From: Nostoc sp. DedSLP01
GTDB lineage: Bacteria > Cyanobacteriota > Cyanobacteriia > Cyanobacteriales > Nostocaceae
NCBI GenBank assembly: GCA_034530875.2
Contig: JAVRCJ020000014.1
Location: 1-64,000 of the forward strand
Direction of reading: 5' to 3'
Length of the DNA stretch: 64,000 nucleotides
The position numbers and the translations under genes are program-made. Of the stretch, positions 30,686 through 40,761 are shown piece after piece (the first letter of the stretch is position 1; the number at the start of each line of letters is the position of its first letter). The notes below the pieces were generated by a model. The model saw only the letters and a program-made list of their open reading frames with translations, did not search any database and was not told the origin of the DNA.

Positions 30686-31321
30686 ATGCTAACTCTTTAT
30701 TTTCTCCGTCACGGACAGACAGAATGTAGTCGGAATAATTCCTTTTGTGGTTCTCTAAACTCAGAACTTACCCCAGAAGGCTTAGAAATGGCAAAAGCTT
30801 TTGCTGCTGCATATAGTTCCAAACCTTGGACAGCAATCTTTTGTAGTCCAATGCAGCGCACTGTGGACACAGCAAAACCTTTATATCAAGCCATCGGAAT
30901 GGAACCCCAACTTAGAGATGGTTTGAAGGAAATTAATTATGGCGACTGGGAAGGAAAAACTCCAGAAGTAATTAGCCGTGAATATCACGATGATTATATT
31001 CGTTGGTCAGCAGATCCAGCCTGGAATGCACCAAATGGCGGAGAAATGGCAGGTACAATTGCTTATCGCGCTATGCAAGTAATTGAAGAAATCAAGCACA
31101 ATTACAATAGCGGCAATGTTTTAGTAGTTTCCCACAAAGCAACTATCAGAATTATTGTATGTAATTTATTAGGAATTGATGTCGGACGTTTCCGCTTTCG
31201 TTTGGGATGTCCTGTGGGGTCAGTAAGTATTGTAGAATTTACCTCACACGGCCCGTTGTTAAAAGTTTTGGCAGACCGTACTCATTTAGATGAACGTTTG
31301 CGAAATTTGCCAGGAACGTAA
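30686..31321 (+). CDS. Histidine phosphatase family protein
   Basis: LYFLRHGQT, SPMQRT, LKEINYGDWEG and LVVSH. Confidence 0.93.
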   Translation: MLTLYFLRHGQTECSRNNSFCGSLNSELTPEGLEMAKAFAAAYSSKPWTAIFCSPMQRTVDTAKPLYQAIGMEPQLRDGLKEINYGDWEGKTPEVISREYHDDYIRWSADPAWNAPNGGEMAGTIAYRAMQVIEEIKHNYNSGNVLVVSHKATIRIIVCNLLGIDVGRFRFRLGCPVGSVSIVEFTSHGPLLKVLADRTHLDERLRNLPGT

Positions 31322-31411
31322 GGAAGTTAGGAGTTAAGAGTTAGGAGTTATTATTATTGTCTCCCTTGTCGCTTTATCCTTACAAAGGGTTCTAAATCTC
31401 AATCACAAAAC

Positions 31412-31447
31412 GTAATTACGAATTACGAATTACGAATTACGAATTAT
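31412..31447. repeat. AATTACG heptamer tandem repeat (second array at ~30650-30677)
   Basis: Seen directly. Confidence 0.85.
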
Positions 31448-31870
31448 TTATGGTTCAGTGTATTTGCAGAAAACGTTGATGCCGATTTTTAGAATATATA
31501 ACACGACTATTGTGGCGATCGCTCCATCAATCGGAATCCCATGTACTGCTGCAACCGCAACCAATGAGCCAATAATACTGTTAAACAAAGAAGCACTACC
31601 AGGATTATTAGTGTATTCTTTGATTTTGCCCCGCAAACCATCATCACCACAGATTTCGGTGCGAATTTCATCAAGGGTGAGTTGCAACAGAGATTTTTTA
31701 CCCTGACTATAATCTGTTTTGCCGACTTTCTCTTGCCAGAGTGCATCAAAAGTAGTTTCTAGATTGCCATTGTGTTGTTGTAGAGTAGTAAGGGCTTGTT
31801 GCGCTGGCGTGTCATTTGCCAGAAGTTGCTGAAACTCTTGGATTTCGCCAGAGGTTAATTGGATATTCAT
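31448..31870 (-). CDS. Hypothetical protein with C-terminal hydrophobic hairpin
   Basis: ATG 1 bp after the aspartic protease stop; two hydrophobic helices at the C-terminus. Confidence 0.75.
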   Translation of the reverse strand: MNIQLTSGEIQEFQQLLANDTPAQQALTTLQQHNGNLETTFDALWQEKVGKTDYSQGKKSLLQLTLDEIRTEICGDDGLRGKIKEYTNNPGSASLFNSIIGSLVAVAAVHGIPIDGAIATIVVLYILKIGINVFCKYTEP

Positions 31871-31871
31871 G

Positions 31872-32324
31872 CTATATCCTGAGTACGGGATAATTGGGAT
31901 GTTCGGGATTTGGTACAAGTCGCTGATTCTTACAATCTGCTAATAAATCAACGGTTTCCAGTACTGTTTGTCCAATCAGCACAGTATTTCCTGTCACTAA
32001 TGTAGCTTCAGTAGTTTCCCGCCCTTCTAATTCTATAATTACAGGTTCCGTCACGCTGATAGATTCTTCCATACCGTTAGCATATTGAGCAATCTGCTGA
32101 CCCCGAATCCTCAAACCTAACTGCTCTACAATTAATATTGGTAAAACTGTACGTACAGCCCCAGTATCTACAAGTGCTTCTGTTTCACATACTCGCAGCA
32201 TATTGGGGTTAAGCATTCCTCGACTCACAAGTGCTTCGTCTATGGCATTTGTCAGTTTAACTTTGATACGAACAGCACCCATAGAATTATTGCTAGTATT
32301 ATTGCAACGATTGAGATTTACCAT
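31872..32324 (-). CDS. Clan AA aspartic protease (AF_0612-like)
   Basis: EALVDTGA and VLIGQTVLETVDL. Confidence 0.85.
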   Translation of the reverse strand: MVNLNRCNNTSNNSMGAVRIKVKLTNAIDEALVSRGMLNPNMLRVCETEALVDTGAVRTVLPILIVEQLGLRIRGQQIAQYANGMEESISVTEPVIIELEGRETTEATLVTGNTVLIGQTVLETVDLLADCKNQRLVPNPEHPNYPVLRI

Positions 32325-32348
32325 AATTTATATCTCCTCAAAAATTAT

Positions 32349-32768
32349 CTATGGAGAATTTGTTAATTCTTGAATCAACTGTTGAGGTGTGAGAATTCGG
32401 AGAGTAGTAACTGGGAAATCTGCAGGGTTGCGAGTAATGATAGCATCTAAATAATTGAGTACCGCAGTGCTGTATTGAATAGCGTCTTCAAAATCTGCGA
32501 AGTTAGCGGTTAGTGCTAGGTTGATTGTGGCACTGTCTACAGTGGCGATACGGCAAAAGTTAACTAATTGCTTTAAATAAATAAGTGTCCACTCTCGACC
32601 TCTTGCCCTGCGGATAATGTAATACAAATCGCTAAAAGTTGAGGCGGAAATATAACCTTCTATCTGTCCTTGCTCAACGAACACCAACACTTGTTCGCTT
32701 GCATCTAAAAAAGGTTCGCGTTCTAGGGCATCGTCTACAATGATGTTGGTGTCTAACAAGATTTTCAC
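32349..32768 (-). CDS. PIN domain toxin
   Basis: ILLDTNIIVD, DFEDAIQ and IITRN..DF. Confidence 0.92.
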   Translation of the reverse strand: MKILLDTNIIVDDALEREPFLDASEQVLVFVEQGQIEGYISASTFSDLYYIIRRARGREWTLIYLKQLVNFCRIATVDSATINLALTANFADFEDAIQYSTAVLNYLDAIITRNPADFPVTTLRILTPQQLIQELTNSP

Positions 32769-33049
32769 AGATTATGTTTCTCCTTTAAAGCTTCCCATCG
32801 AGCTTGGTCTGGGTCAAAGTCTGGTGGTGTGGGTGGGGCATTTTCAAATAAACCTTCAAATGCTTTTACTTTAGACTTTCTCTTCGGCTTCTCTGGCTGT
32901 GACTGAGTTTGGGTTTCTGTAGAACTTTCCAAGGATGGAACTGGCTGCAAAATAATCACTTCCACTTTTCCAGGAGCAATATCTAGAGGTTCGTCAATAA
33001 TTAAATGGCCTGATTCATCAATTGTGGCGTTGAGCTTGTAGGCTTGCAT
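32765..33049 (-). CDS. Putative antitoxin coupled to the PIN gene
   Basis: 4-bp overlap with the PIN gene; ATIDESGHLII..PGKVEVII N-terminus. Confidence 0.7.
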   Translation of the reverse strand: MQAYKLNATIDESGHLIIDEPLDIAPGKVEVIILQPVPSLESSTETQTQSQPEKPKRKSKVKAFEGLFENAPPTPPDFDPDQARWEALKEKHNL

Positions 33050-33165
33050 ACTTCTGCTCCTTTTTGTTTCTAGGATAGAACACTGCTGTAAATGTTGCGT
33101 AGTTTTAGCCCGTCGTAGACATTCGCACTTGTAAATAACCGCCTTGTCGTGACCAAAATAACGAT

Positions 33166-33291
33166 GTTGGTCATGAAAGCGATCGCTTTGGTCATAAAAA
33201 CGATCGCTTTGGTCATAAAAACGATCGCTTTGGTTATGAAAACAATTGCTTTGGTCATGAAAACGATTGCTTTGGTCATGAAAACGATCGC
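33166..33291. repeat. Six tandem 21-bp units, consensus TTTGGTCATRAAAACGATCGC
   Basis: Counted directly; no spacers. Confidence 0.92.
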
Positions 33292-33495
33292 TTTTGTGGT
33301 CAACGCTTATGCGATCGCTAACAACACTTAAACAAAACTTATGAATTAATAAAACCCGCTAGGTAAAAATCTTCATTAGCGTCAACTTAACCTGCAACCC
33401 TTTTTAAATCTTCCAGATAGGCAGAAAATTGACTAAAATACCAATCATATTTCCTAAAATTAAGATAATAAACCAAAAATCAACCCAAATAGAAA

Positions 33496-33738
33496 ATGTT
33501 AACAAACTATATTCAAGCAGCTTTACACCAGGCTACTTATGAACTTTTAGACGATGGCACTTTTTATGCAGAAATACCTGGGCTACAAGGATTATACGCT
33601 AATGCTCCGACACTTGAAGCCTGCCGAGAAGAGTTAAAAGATTCTTTGGAAGAGTGGATTGTATTAGGGTTACAGCTAGGGCATAGTTTACCTGTACTAG
33701 ATGAAATTTCCCTTTCTTTTAATAAGGATGTGGCTTAA
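33496..33738 (+). CDS. hicB: HicB family antitoxin
   Basis: FYAEIPGLQGLYANAPTLEAC..L...LEEW. Confidence 0.88.
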   Translation: MLTNYIQAALHQATYELLDDGTFYAEIPGLQGLYANAPTLEACREELKDSLEEWIVLGLQLGHSLPVLDEISLSFNKDVA

Positions 33739-33956
33739 TGCCTGCTTTTGGAGCAATTAACCGACGGGACTTGATTTATTACCTAAAACAACTTGGTTTT
33801 GAAGGGCCATATTCAGGTAAAAAACATCAATTTATGATTAAGGATGAACTCAAATTAATCATTCCTAATCAGCACGAAGGAGACATCAGCAAAGGTTTAG
33901 TCGCAAAAATATTAAAACAGGCACAAATCAGTAAAGATGAATGGGAAGCACTCTAA
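33738..33956 (+). CDS. hicA: HicA family toxin
   Basis: LKQLGF..SGKKHQFM..IIPNQH..DI..GL..KILKQA; 1-bp overlap with hicB. Confidence 0.88.
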   Translation: MPAFGAINRRDLIYYLKQLGFEGPYSGKKHQFMIKDELKLIIPNQHEGDISKGLVAKILKQAQISKDEWEAL

Positions 33957-34023
33957 AAAATATTGTGCTTGTTACCATCTGGGTCGATTTTATCCTTGAG
34001 TTTGTCAACTTGCATGGTGTTTC

Positions 34024-37000
34024 CTATGATGTTTCTAGGCTATCCCGCGCTGCCCAAATTACCTCACGTACCTCTCCCGCGCACTCTTCACCCGTCGCCT
34101 CGCGCCAAATGGCTTGAAATTGGCTTTCTTCGAGAGTTTTAAGGATTTCTCCTAACTTGTCAATAGGATTTCTAGGGTGAGCAAGATCTTTTATATCTAC
34201 AACAACTAACTTGCTAGCTTTCAGAAAGTAAACAATAGCCTCTTTAAAATGCTGTTGCTCTTGCAGCACTGTACCTAGCTGGTAATAAATTCTACTAGCT
34301 TTAGTCAAATTTTCAAGGTCATGAGTATTTTCGTAAATTAGAAGAGCTTCTTGGTAACAGTGTTGTGCTTCTTCAAGTTTTTTTTGTTCATGCTCTAAAA
34401 GACCTAGTTCGTGATAAGTATCAGCAACAAAATTCAAATCTCCAGAATTCTTATAAATTGAAAGACATTTTTGGTAATAGTATTGTGCTTCTTCAAATTT
34501 ATTTTGTTTATGTGTCAGACGACCCAGTTGTAAATACTGACTACAAGTCTTATATAAATCTCCCATTTTTTTGTAAATCTCTAAAGCTTTTTGATGGTAT
34601 AAAATTGCTTCTTCAACTAGCCGTTGCCTATACGGGAAAAGATTTATAGTAACCAATAGATAATTGATTATGCCTAAACTATGATATTCATCAGCAGCCT
34701 TATACAGATCTCCAGCATCTTCATAAATCTTTAAAGCTTTTCTGTGAAAAGTAATTGCTTCGTCAAATTGCCATTCCTCCATTGAAAGTGAGCCTAAGTG
34801 ATGATACACAACAGCAGTTTTATAAATATCTCCTGCAATTTCCCAAGTTTTTAGAGCTTTGTGGTGATAGTCTCGTGCATCATCAAAAAAACCTCGCTTC
34901 TCTGCAACTATTCCTAATTGGTGATATTCACCAGCAGTGTTATATGAATCCCCGAATCTCTTATAAATTTTTAGAGCTTTTTGGTAATAAGGGATAGCAT
35001 CTTCAAACCTCTGTTGTACAATTTTTAAGTTACCTATTTGATGATATACGTAAGCAGTTTTGTAAACATCTCCTTCTTCTTCCCAAATAGTTAATGCTTT
35101 TTGGTAAAAAGCCATCGCCTTATCAAACTGGTGTTGATTTTCAGCAACATAGCCTAGGTTATAATGAATATTAGCAACAACATTAATATCTTGATTCATT
35201 GCTTGGTCAGGCAAAGCAGCAAGAATTTCTTCCAAGATTGTCCCTGCTTTATTCCAATTGGAATTTTCAGTTTCTTCAAGAACATCATCTGTTCGTAAGA
35301 GCATCCATAGTTTAAAAGCATCTTCACCCTTTGCTTTTACTTCCGTAGATTCAATACAAATTTCTTTCAGTACTCTTTTTCGCAATGAATAATATTCTAA
35401 TTTACGCCCCAATCGGATGTACATTTCTCCCAAAGGATATAGAACAGAACTCACACTATCCCAGTTTTGTTGCTGTTGTGCTAGTCGCAAGTTTTGTAAA
35501 AGATTTGGTTCTTCAACCTTTAGCATCAAAATTGCTAGTTCAGCGTTGCTGATCAGTTGGTCGCTACAGATACTTGCAAAATTTGCATAGAAAAATAGCA
35601 ATTTTTTTTCTAGCTCCTCAATAACCTGATTTGAGTGTTTATCTGCAAGCCTGTGACGTAAATACCAAGGTAGAGTAGGATGAATCTTACAGATGGTTTC
35701 ATTTAAAAATTCTAGTAGCCCTGCTGTTGCTGCTTCCTTAAAAATTATCAGCCAATCAGAACCTTCTAAGTTTTCACCAAATACTAGCTCATATACTTTT
35801 CTAAATTCCCCATTTTTAGGATTACCAGAAAAATTATGTAGTATTTCAGCATTAACGCGTTCAGAAAAGAAACTTAAAAACGGTAAATGTCGCCGCGCCT
35901 TCTCCGATAACTTAGAAAAAGAATAATCCAACGACACCGTTAACGACTTATCCCTACCTTCCTCCTCTGCACCTTTAAAAGTATCCAACCCCAGCCGTAA
36001 GGCTTCAATTAATTGAGTTGGTGTCTGTGTCTTTAAATGCGGTAACACCACCCGCAACGACAGGGGATGTCCACCCAACAATTTCAGCAATTCCAAATAC
36101 TCTGCTGGCAGGTTCTTTCTCTCCACACCCACCGTTTGCAAAATCTTCGCGGCTAACTCTTGGGCATCCGCTTGAGACAACCCTCGCAAATTGATTAAAC
36201 TATACCCACAATCCAACCAAGCTTCTTCGCGGCGACTGGTAATTAATACCCAAGATTTACCACCCCGCAATTCCTTCAGAAACCGCTTGAGCTTATTTCT
36301 TTCTTCGCCACTTAATAAAGGTTCATTCCCCGTAGGAAAACCATTGACAGGTTCAAAGTTATCCCAAATCAACAAACAAGGATGAGTTTGCAGATATTCC
36401 CGCACCACAGCATCTTGCTGTTCTGGCATCATTTGGGAAAATCTCTCACCTCCCAACGCCCTACCAATTTGGTTAATTATCTGACTCAACCCCGCACCTT
36501 GTTCAAAGGAGGTGAAAAAAATATGTTCGCGTCCTTGGGTATCATGCAACCACCGGGCGAAACCTGCGACTAACTCAGTTTTACCGACACCACCCATTCC
36601 CTGCACCAGCACCACATGATTTTGCCGAAATGCTCTCTCTAAACGCAAAATCTCATAATCCCGCCCAATAAAACCATAAGCACTTTCATCAGGTAAACTT
36701 ACAGCTTTGCTGCTTTCTGGGGTATTGTCTGTTTGCACCATCAAATCGGCAAAACTGGGTGCTGTCTTTTTAGGAACAAAAGGCGTGTAAGGTTCTTGCT
36801 GATACAACACCGGCACTAACCAATCTTGTAATGGTAAATTTCCTTTGGGACTGGGGCGCATTTTTTCAATAGACATGGACTTCCGCCCTGCTGCAACTGC
36901 TGTGGCGATACACTCTCCCCTGACTAATTCCCCATACAACCGCCCAATAAAGTGTTCTGCACCTTTGGCGTAAACTGAATACGCCATCGCTACTACACCC

Positions 37001-37884
37001 TTTGCCCCCAACTTTACCAACTGTCCCGCCACAGAAGAAAAAGCTTCTTCGCCTACTTGTCCAGACTTACAAGCATTCAGCACAAAAATCGGCACGCGAC
37101 AATCTGTTAAATATTGGGCAATTTCTCTGGCGCTGACAGCTTGCTCGTTTCCCTGTTCGTCCTCAAAGATTAAAATTCCTTGAGTATCGCTGTCAAAATT
37201 TCCATGTCCATCAAAATGGACGATATGATAAAAACCCTTATTCGCTTGCAATTCCGCTTCAAACGCTTTCAAGCTAGGGGGACGCAATACCTTAAGATTG
37301 ACTCGCTGACGTATTGGTTGCAGCGCCGCCAGCAAGGGACGGGCAATGGTTTTAAAATTTACGTCTTGCTCGTCGTAAGGGCGGGCAATGACTAATAAAA
37401 TATTCAGTTGGTCATCGGGCATTAGTGGCAATGGTGCTTTTACGCCCTGAGTGCTGAGATTGCGATACATTCCCGCCAGTGAAGGTGCAAGAAATTGATA
37501 GTCCGGGGAATACAGCAATTCCCAAGGTAAATTCAGCACGTTGGCGTTATCGGCAATGATGCCCAGTTCGCATTTATCGAGTCCGTCTCGTGTGGCTTCT
37601 TGAAAAAACTCTCTGGCTTTGTCTGTGCTGCGAAATACTAGCTCAAATAGCTGTTGTCCCCAATGCTGTAATTTTTGTTCGATTTTTGCAGCGTTATCTG
37701 GAAAAATTCCGTAGGGAAAGTTTAAATAATCTTCTAAATACCAGCGCAGTTCAGCGGCGTTTTCTTTGTCAAAGGGTTGTTGGAAGGGGACTGGTGGGGC
37801 TTGGCGAGGATTTTCGTGTCCGCGTTGCCAGGAAAGTTGGATTGTTTCGCTTTGATGTGTGATTCGCAACCAATTTGTTGCCAT
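34024..37884 (-). CDS. CHAT (caspase-like) protease + NB-ARC/STAND NTPase + TPR repeats (NLR-like)
   Basis: LPWE, VHFDGHG (His), VLNACKSG (Cys), GMGGVGKT, LLIWDNFE, GHPLSL and multiple C-terminal TPRs. Confidence 0.92.
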   Translation of the reverse strand: MATNWLRITHQSETIQLSWQRGHENPRQAPPVPFQQPFDKENAAELRWYLEDYLNFPYGIFPDNAAKIEQKLQHWGQQLFELVFRSTDKAREFFQEATRDGLDKCELGIIADNANVLNLPWELLYSPDYQFLAPSLAGMYRNLSTQGVKAPLPLMPDDQLNILLVIARPYDEQDVNFKTIARPLLAALQPIRQRVNLKVLRPPSLKAFEAELQANKGFYHIVHFDGHGNFDSDTQGILIFEDEQGNEQAVSAREIAQYLTDCRVPIFVLNACKSGQVGEEAFSSVAGQLVKLGAKGVVAMAYSVYAKGAEHFIGRLYGELVRGECIATAVAAGRKSMSIEKMRPSPKGNLPLQDWLVPVLYQQEPYTPFVPKKTAPSFADLMVQTDNTPESSKAVSLPDESAYGFIGRDYEILRLERAFRQNHVVLVQGMGGVGKTELVAGFARWLHDTQGREHIFFTSFEQGAGLSQIINQIGRALGGERFSQMMPEQQDAVVREYLQTHPCLLIWDNFEPVNGFPTGNEPLLSGEERNKLKRFLKELRGGKSWVLITSRREEAWLDCGYSLINLRGLSQADAQELAAKILQTVGVERKNLPAEYLELLKLLGGHPLSLRVVLPHLKTQTPTQLIEALRLGLDTFKGAEEEGRDKSLTVSLDYSFSKLSEKARRHLPFLSFFSERVNAEILHNFSGNPKNGEFRKVYELVFGENLEGSDWLIIFKEAATAGLLEFLNETICKIHPTLPWYLRHRLADKHSNQVIEELEKKLLFFYANFASICSDQLISNAELAILMLKVEEPNLLQNLRLAQQQQNWDSVSSVLYPLGEMYIRLGRKLEYYSLRKRVLKEICIESTEVKAKGEDAFKLWMLLRTDDVLEETENSNWNKAGTILEEILAALPDQAMNQDINVVANIHYNLGYVAENQHQFDKAMAFYQKALTIWEEEGDVYKTAYVYHQIGNLKIVQQRFEDAIPYYQKALKIYKRFGDSYNTAGEYHQLGIVAEKRGFFDDARDYHHKALKTWEIAGDIYKTAVVYHHLGSLSMEEWQFDEAITFHRKALKIYEDAGDLYKAADEYHSLGIINYLLVTINLFPYRQRLVEEAILYHQKALEIYKKMGDLYKTCSQYLQLGRLTHKQNKFEEAQYYYQKCLSIYKNSGDLNFVADTYHELGLLEHEQKKLEEAQHCYQEALLIYENTHDLENLTKASRIYYQLGTVLQEQQHFKEAIVYFLKASKLVVVDIKDLAHPRNPIDKLGEILKTLEESQFQAIWREATGEECAGEVREVIWAARDSLETS

Positions 37885-38038
37885 TGCTGCTGTGCTGGTT
37901 ACTGGGTTATTTGATGTTAGCTTAAGTTGGGGAATTCACGCAGAGGCGCAGAGGCGCGGAGAGGGAGATTGAGTTTTTGGAGTTTTAATTCAGTATAGAT
38001 ACAGGGATAATGTAGTTAAATTATCGCCGAATTATTTT

Positions 38039-39166
38039 ATGCTGCCAGTTATTGAGACTATTCCTTTACGTCAAATGGCTTCGGGCGATCGCCTTTTTCT
38101 CCAAGTTTACAAATTCATCGGCGCTCAACCTGGTAAAAAAGTTTATATTCAATCTAATTTGCACGGTGCAGAAATAGCTGGTAATGCCGTTATTCACCAG
38201 ATAATCGAGTTTTTATTAACAATAAATGATACAAATTTAACTGGAGAAATTTGGCTCGTTCCTGTTTGTAATCCAATAGGAACAAACGAACGCGCTCACC
38301 AATTTTCTCCTGGGCGTTACTGCATTTACGAAGCTAAAGACTGGAATCGCATATTTTGGGATTATGAAAAAGAAGCTGATGATTTAGTAGCTTTTACTAA
38401 ATCTCAACTTCATAATGATCTAGAGGTCGTTCGACAAAATTATCTAACTATAATTCAGCAACAATTCGCAAAAATTTTAGAAAAAATTAATTCTTTTAGT
38501 GGTGTACCCTACACTGAGCTTTTTAGCTACAAACTACAGAAGCTCAGTTTAGATGCAGATTATTTAATTGACTTGCATAGCTCTACTAATCAGGCTTTGG
38601 ACTACGTTTATTACTTCCGAAATCGAGAAGAAAGTGCAAAATACTTCCTCCTTGATTTGGGAATTTTACTCGATAAATATGATGGCGATGCTTTTGATGA
38701 AGCTTTTATCAAACCTTGGTTAGCGCTAGAAGCTTGTTTTCAAGAGTTGGGTAGAGAAATTAAATTTGATATCGAAGCTTGGACGCTAGAATTAGGAGCA
38801 GGAATGCAAATGAATCCTGATTCAGTTGCTAAAGGTGTAAGAGGCGTGAAAAATTATTTAGCACAAAAAGGTGTACTGCAAATTCTCGATTCTTCATCTG
38901 AAACAAAAAGCCATAACATGAATTTTGTATGCAGCCGCAACAGGAAAAAATATTATGCGATCGCTGGCGGCATGATTCAAGAAAGAATCGCATTAAATAG
39001 TTACGTAAAAACTGGAGAAAAGTTGTATCAAATTCTCAGTTTTAATAAAGAAAGTAAGTTACCTACTCTTATTAATGTCTGCGCTCAAGAAGATGGATTA
39101 GTTTATGATGTCGCAACTAATCAAGCTGTTAATGAAGGCGAATTTGTATTAGGAGTTATTAGTTAG
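38039..39166 (+). CDS. Succinylglutamate desuccinylase/aspartoacylase family (M14) protein
   Basis: HGAE, DWNR, IDLHS and TLELG. Confidence 0.88.
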   Translation: MLPVIETIPLRQMASGDRLFLQVYKFIGAQPGKKVYIQSNLHGAEIAGNAVIHQIIEFLLTINDTNLTGEIWLVPVCNPIGTNERAHQFSPGRYCIYEAKDWNRIFWDYEKEADDLVAFTKSQLHNDLEVVRQNYLTIIQQQFAKILEKINSFSGVPYTELFSYKLQKLSLDADYLIDLHSSTNQALDYVYYFRNREESAKYFLLDLGILLDKYDGDAFDEAFIKPWLALEACFQELGREIKFDIEAWTLELGAGMQMNPDSVAKGVRGVKNYLAQKGVLQILDSSSETKSHNMNFVCSRNRKKYYAIAGGMIQERIALNSYVKTGEKLYQILSFNKESKLPTLINVCAQEDGLVYDVATNQAVNEGEFVLGVIS

Positions 39167-39257
39167 AATAACGGTTATTATGATTTAAAACAACAGACGC
39201 GATAAATGGCTTTGTAGAGACGGCGATTTATCGCGTCTTTGTTATTTCGTATACCGA

Positions 39258-40112
39258 TTAAAAATACTTAGACAATAACCAGATAACTATACCAGTTCCC
39301 AATAGACAAATAATTCCTGCAAACCCAGCTAGAGGTTTTTTATTCTTACCTGTGAACCAGTCAGAGACTTTACCTGTGTAAGTAATCAGTTGTGCTGTAT
39401 CTATAGTAGCGATCGCCCATACCCATCCGGCGTGCAATCCCCAAGCTAAACCTAAATTACCGCGATCGACAAACCGCGCCAACACCAGCACCATTCCCAT
39501 CAGCCACAATCCAGGAAGTTGAGGTACAGTTTCCCGCTGCTCCCAAACCAGGTGTAACGAGGCAAAAATCAAGCTAGAAACTATTGCCGCTAGCCAAACC
39601 GGATAATCCTGCAATAATTCAGTTACTAAAAAACCGCGAAAAACTAACTCTTCTATGGCACCAACTAATAAGGCGATCGCGAAAATTGGTAGTAAGATTG
39701 GTACTACTAACTTGAGATTCGAGTTTTCAAAAGAACACCAACCTAACCCAATTTCTCCACCAAATACAATAGCTAGGCTCAGCACTCCCAAGCCGAAACC
39801 TAGCACCAAAGAATTTAAAGTTGAAAGATTAACAGCAAAGCCGTAATCTAAAAAAGATCTATTTACCAACCAACTAACTCCCCAGATAACCAGGGGAGCT
39901 AACAGGTAAAGTGACACCAACAATGGCATCTTTTGCTCTGGCTGCAAAAATTTTGTAGGTTGCCAATTGAGCAATATTGCTAATATTGTTACCAGTGGTA
40001 ACCAACACCCTACCCAGCTAATTAGGAATGCCATTACTACAACTAGTGCAGGTGCATTTTCCATAAATGCTAGTAAGGCGTTGACTGATAGCTCAAAAAA
40101 ATTTGCCAACAT
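39258..40112 (-). CDS. CPBP/Abi (CAAX-like) intramembrane metalloprotease
   Basis: EELVFRG, FASLH and GLHAGW; start uncertain. Confidence 0.88.
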   Translation of the reverse strand: MLANFFELSVNALLAFMENAPALVVVMAFLISWVGCWLPLVTILAILLNWQPTKFLQPEQKMPLLVSLYLLAPLVIWGVSWLVNRSFLDYGFAVNLSTLNSLVLGFGLGVLSLAIVFGGEIGLGWCSFENSNLKLVVPILLPIFAIALLVGAIEELVFRGFLVTELLQDYPVWLAAIVSSLIFASLHLVWEQRETVPQLPGLWLMGMVLVLARFVDRGNLGLAWGLHAGWVWAIATIDTAQLITYTGKVSDWFTGKNKKPLAGFAGIICLLGTGIVIWLLSKYF

Positions 40113-40317
40113 AAACAAAAAAACACGATAGACTTCTTGCACAATAGATTTCCTACTGATTAATCAAGACTCTACCAAACTTAGTGACTCCAGCAAGGGG
40201 TCTAATCGTATTTTTTTACTCGACAAAATTTTTTTTAACAAGCCTACCAGTTTCTTGTCCGAGTAAGGATAAGTTATCAAGTATTCACCTGAAACTTATC
40301 CCTACCATTAGCTTTGT

Positions 40318-40761
40318 TTACTCTTCGTCGTCCAAATCTTCGTCCGATTCGTCGTCAATATCGTCTATATCTGGTGAGGTTAGTTTTTTATCACTTTCAC
40401 CAAGTTGAATCAGGTGAATATGCTTGTATCCCAACCTAATTTCAAACTCATCTCCAGGCTTTAAACCCATTGCTTTGGTATATGTAGCACCAATGACAAT
40501 TTGACCGTTTTGATGAACGCTAACGCGATACGTCGGTTCGCGGCCGCGACCATCTTTTGGTGCTTCAGGACTTAGAGGAATTCCTCTAGCGGATAGCAAT
40601 GCGTCATAAAAATCTGTGAGATTGACGCGAACTTGATTATTCTTAGTAACAGTGTAATAGCCACACTGCTTAGCTCTTTCTCTGCGTGGTAAAGTGGAAA
40701 GTTCTTTTACTTTAGCAAGTAACGCTTTTCCGGTTAATGGCGCGGTTGCTGTTTCACTCAT
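40318..40761 (-). CDS. calA: Cyanobacterial AbrB-like regulator (cyAbrB, CalA type)
   Basis: PLTGKALL.KVKEL, CGYY, YRVSVHQNGQIVIGATYT..MGLKPGDEFEI and acidic tail; followed by a CAAX protease gene. Confidence 0.85.
   Translation of the reverse strand: MSETATAPLTGKALLAKVKELSTLPRRERAKQCGYYTVTKNNQVRVNLTDFYDALLSARGIPLSPEAPKDGRGREPTYRVSVHQNGQIVIGATYTKAMGLKPGDEFEIRLGYKHIHLIQLGESDKKLTSPDIDDIDDESDEDLDDEE

Noticed and set aside
33166..33291. Possible CRISPR array
   Set aside because: Units are directly adjacent with no unique spacers, and no cas genes are present
33070..33331. ORFs 33070-33303 (-) and 33149-33331 (+) as real proteins
   Set aside because: They are open only because of the 21-bp repeat; no RBS or family evidence
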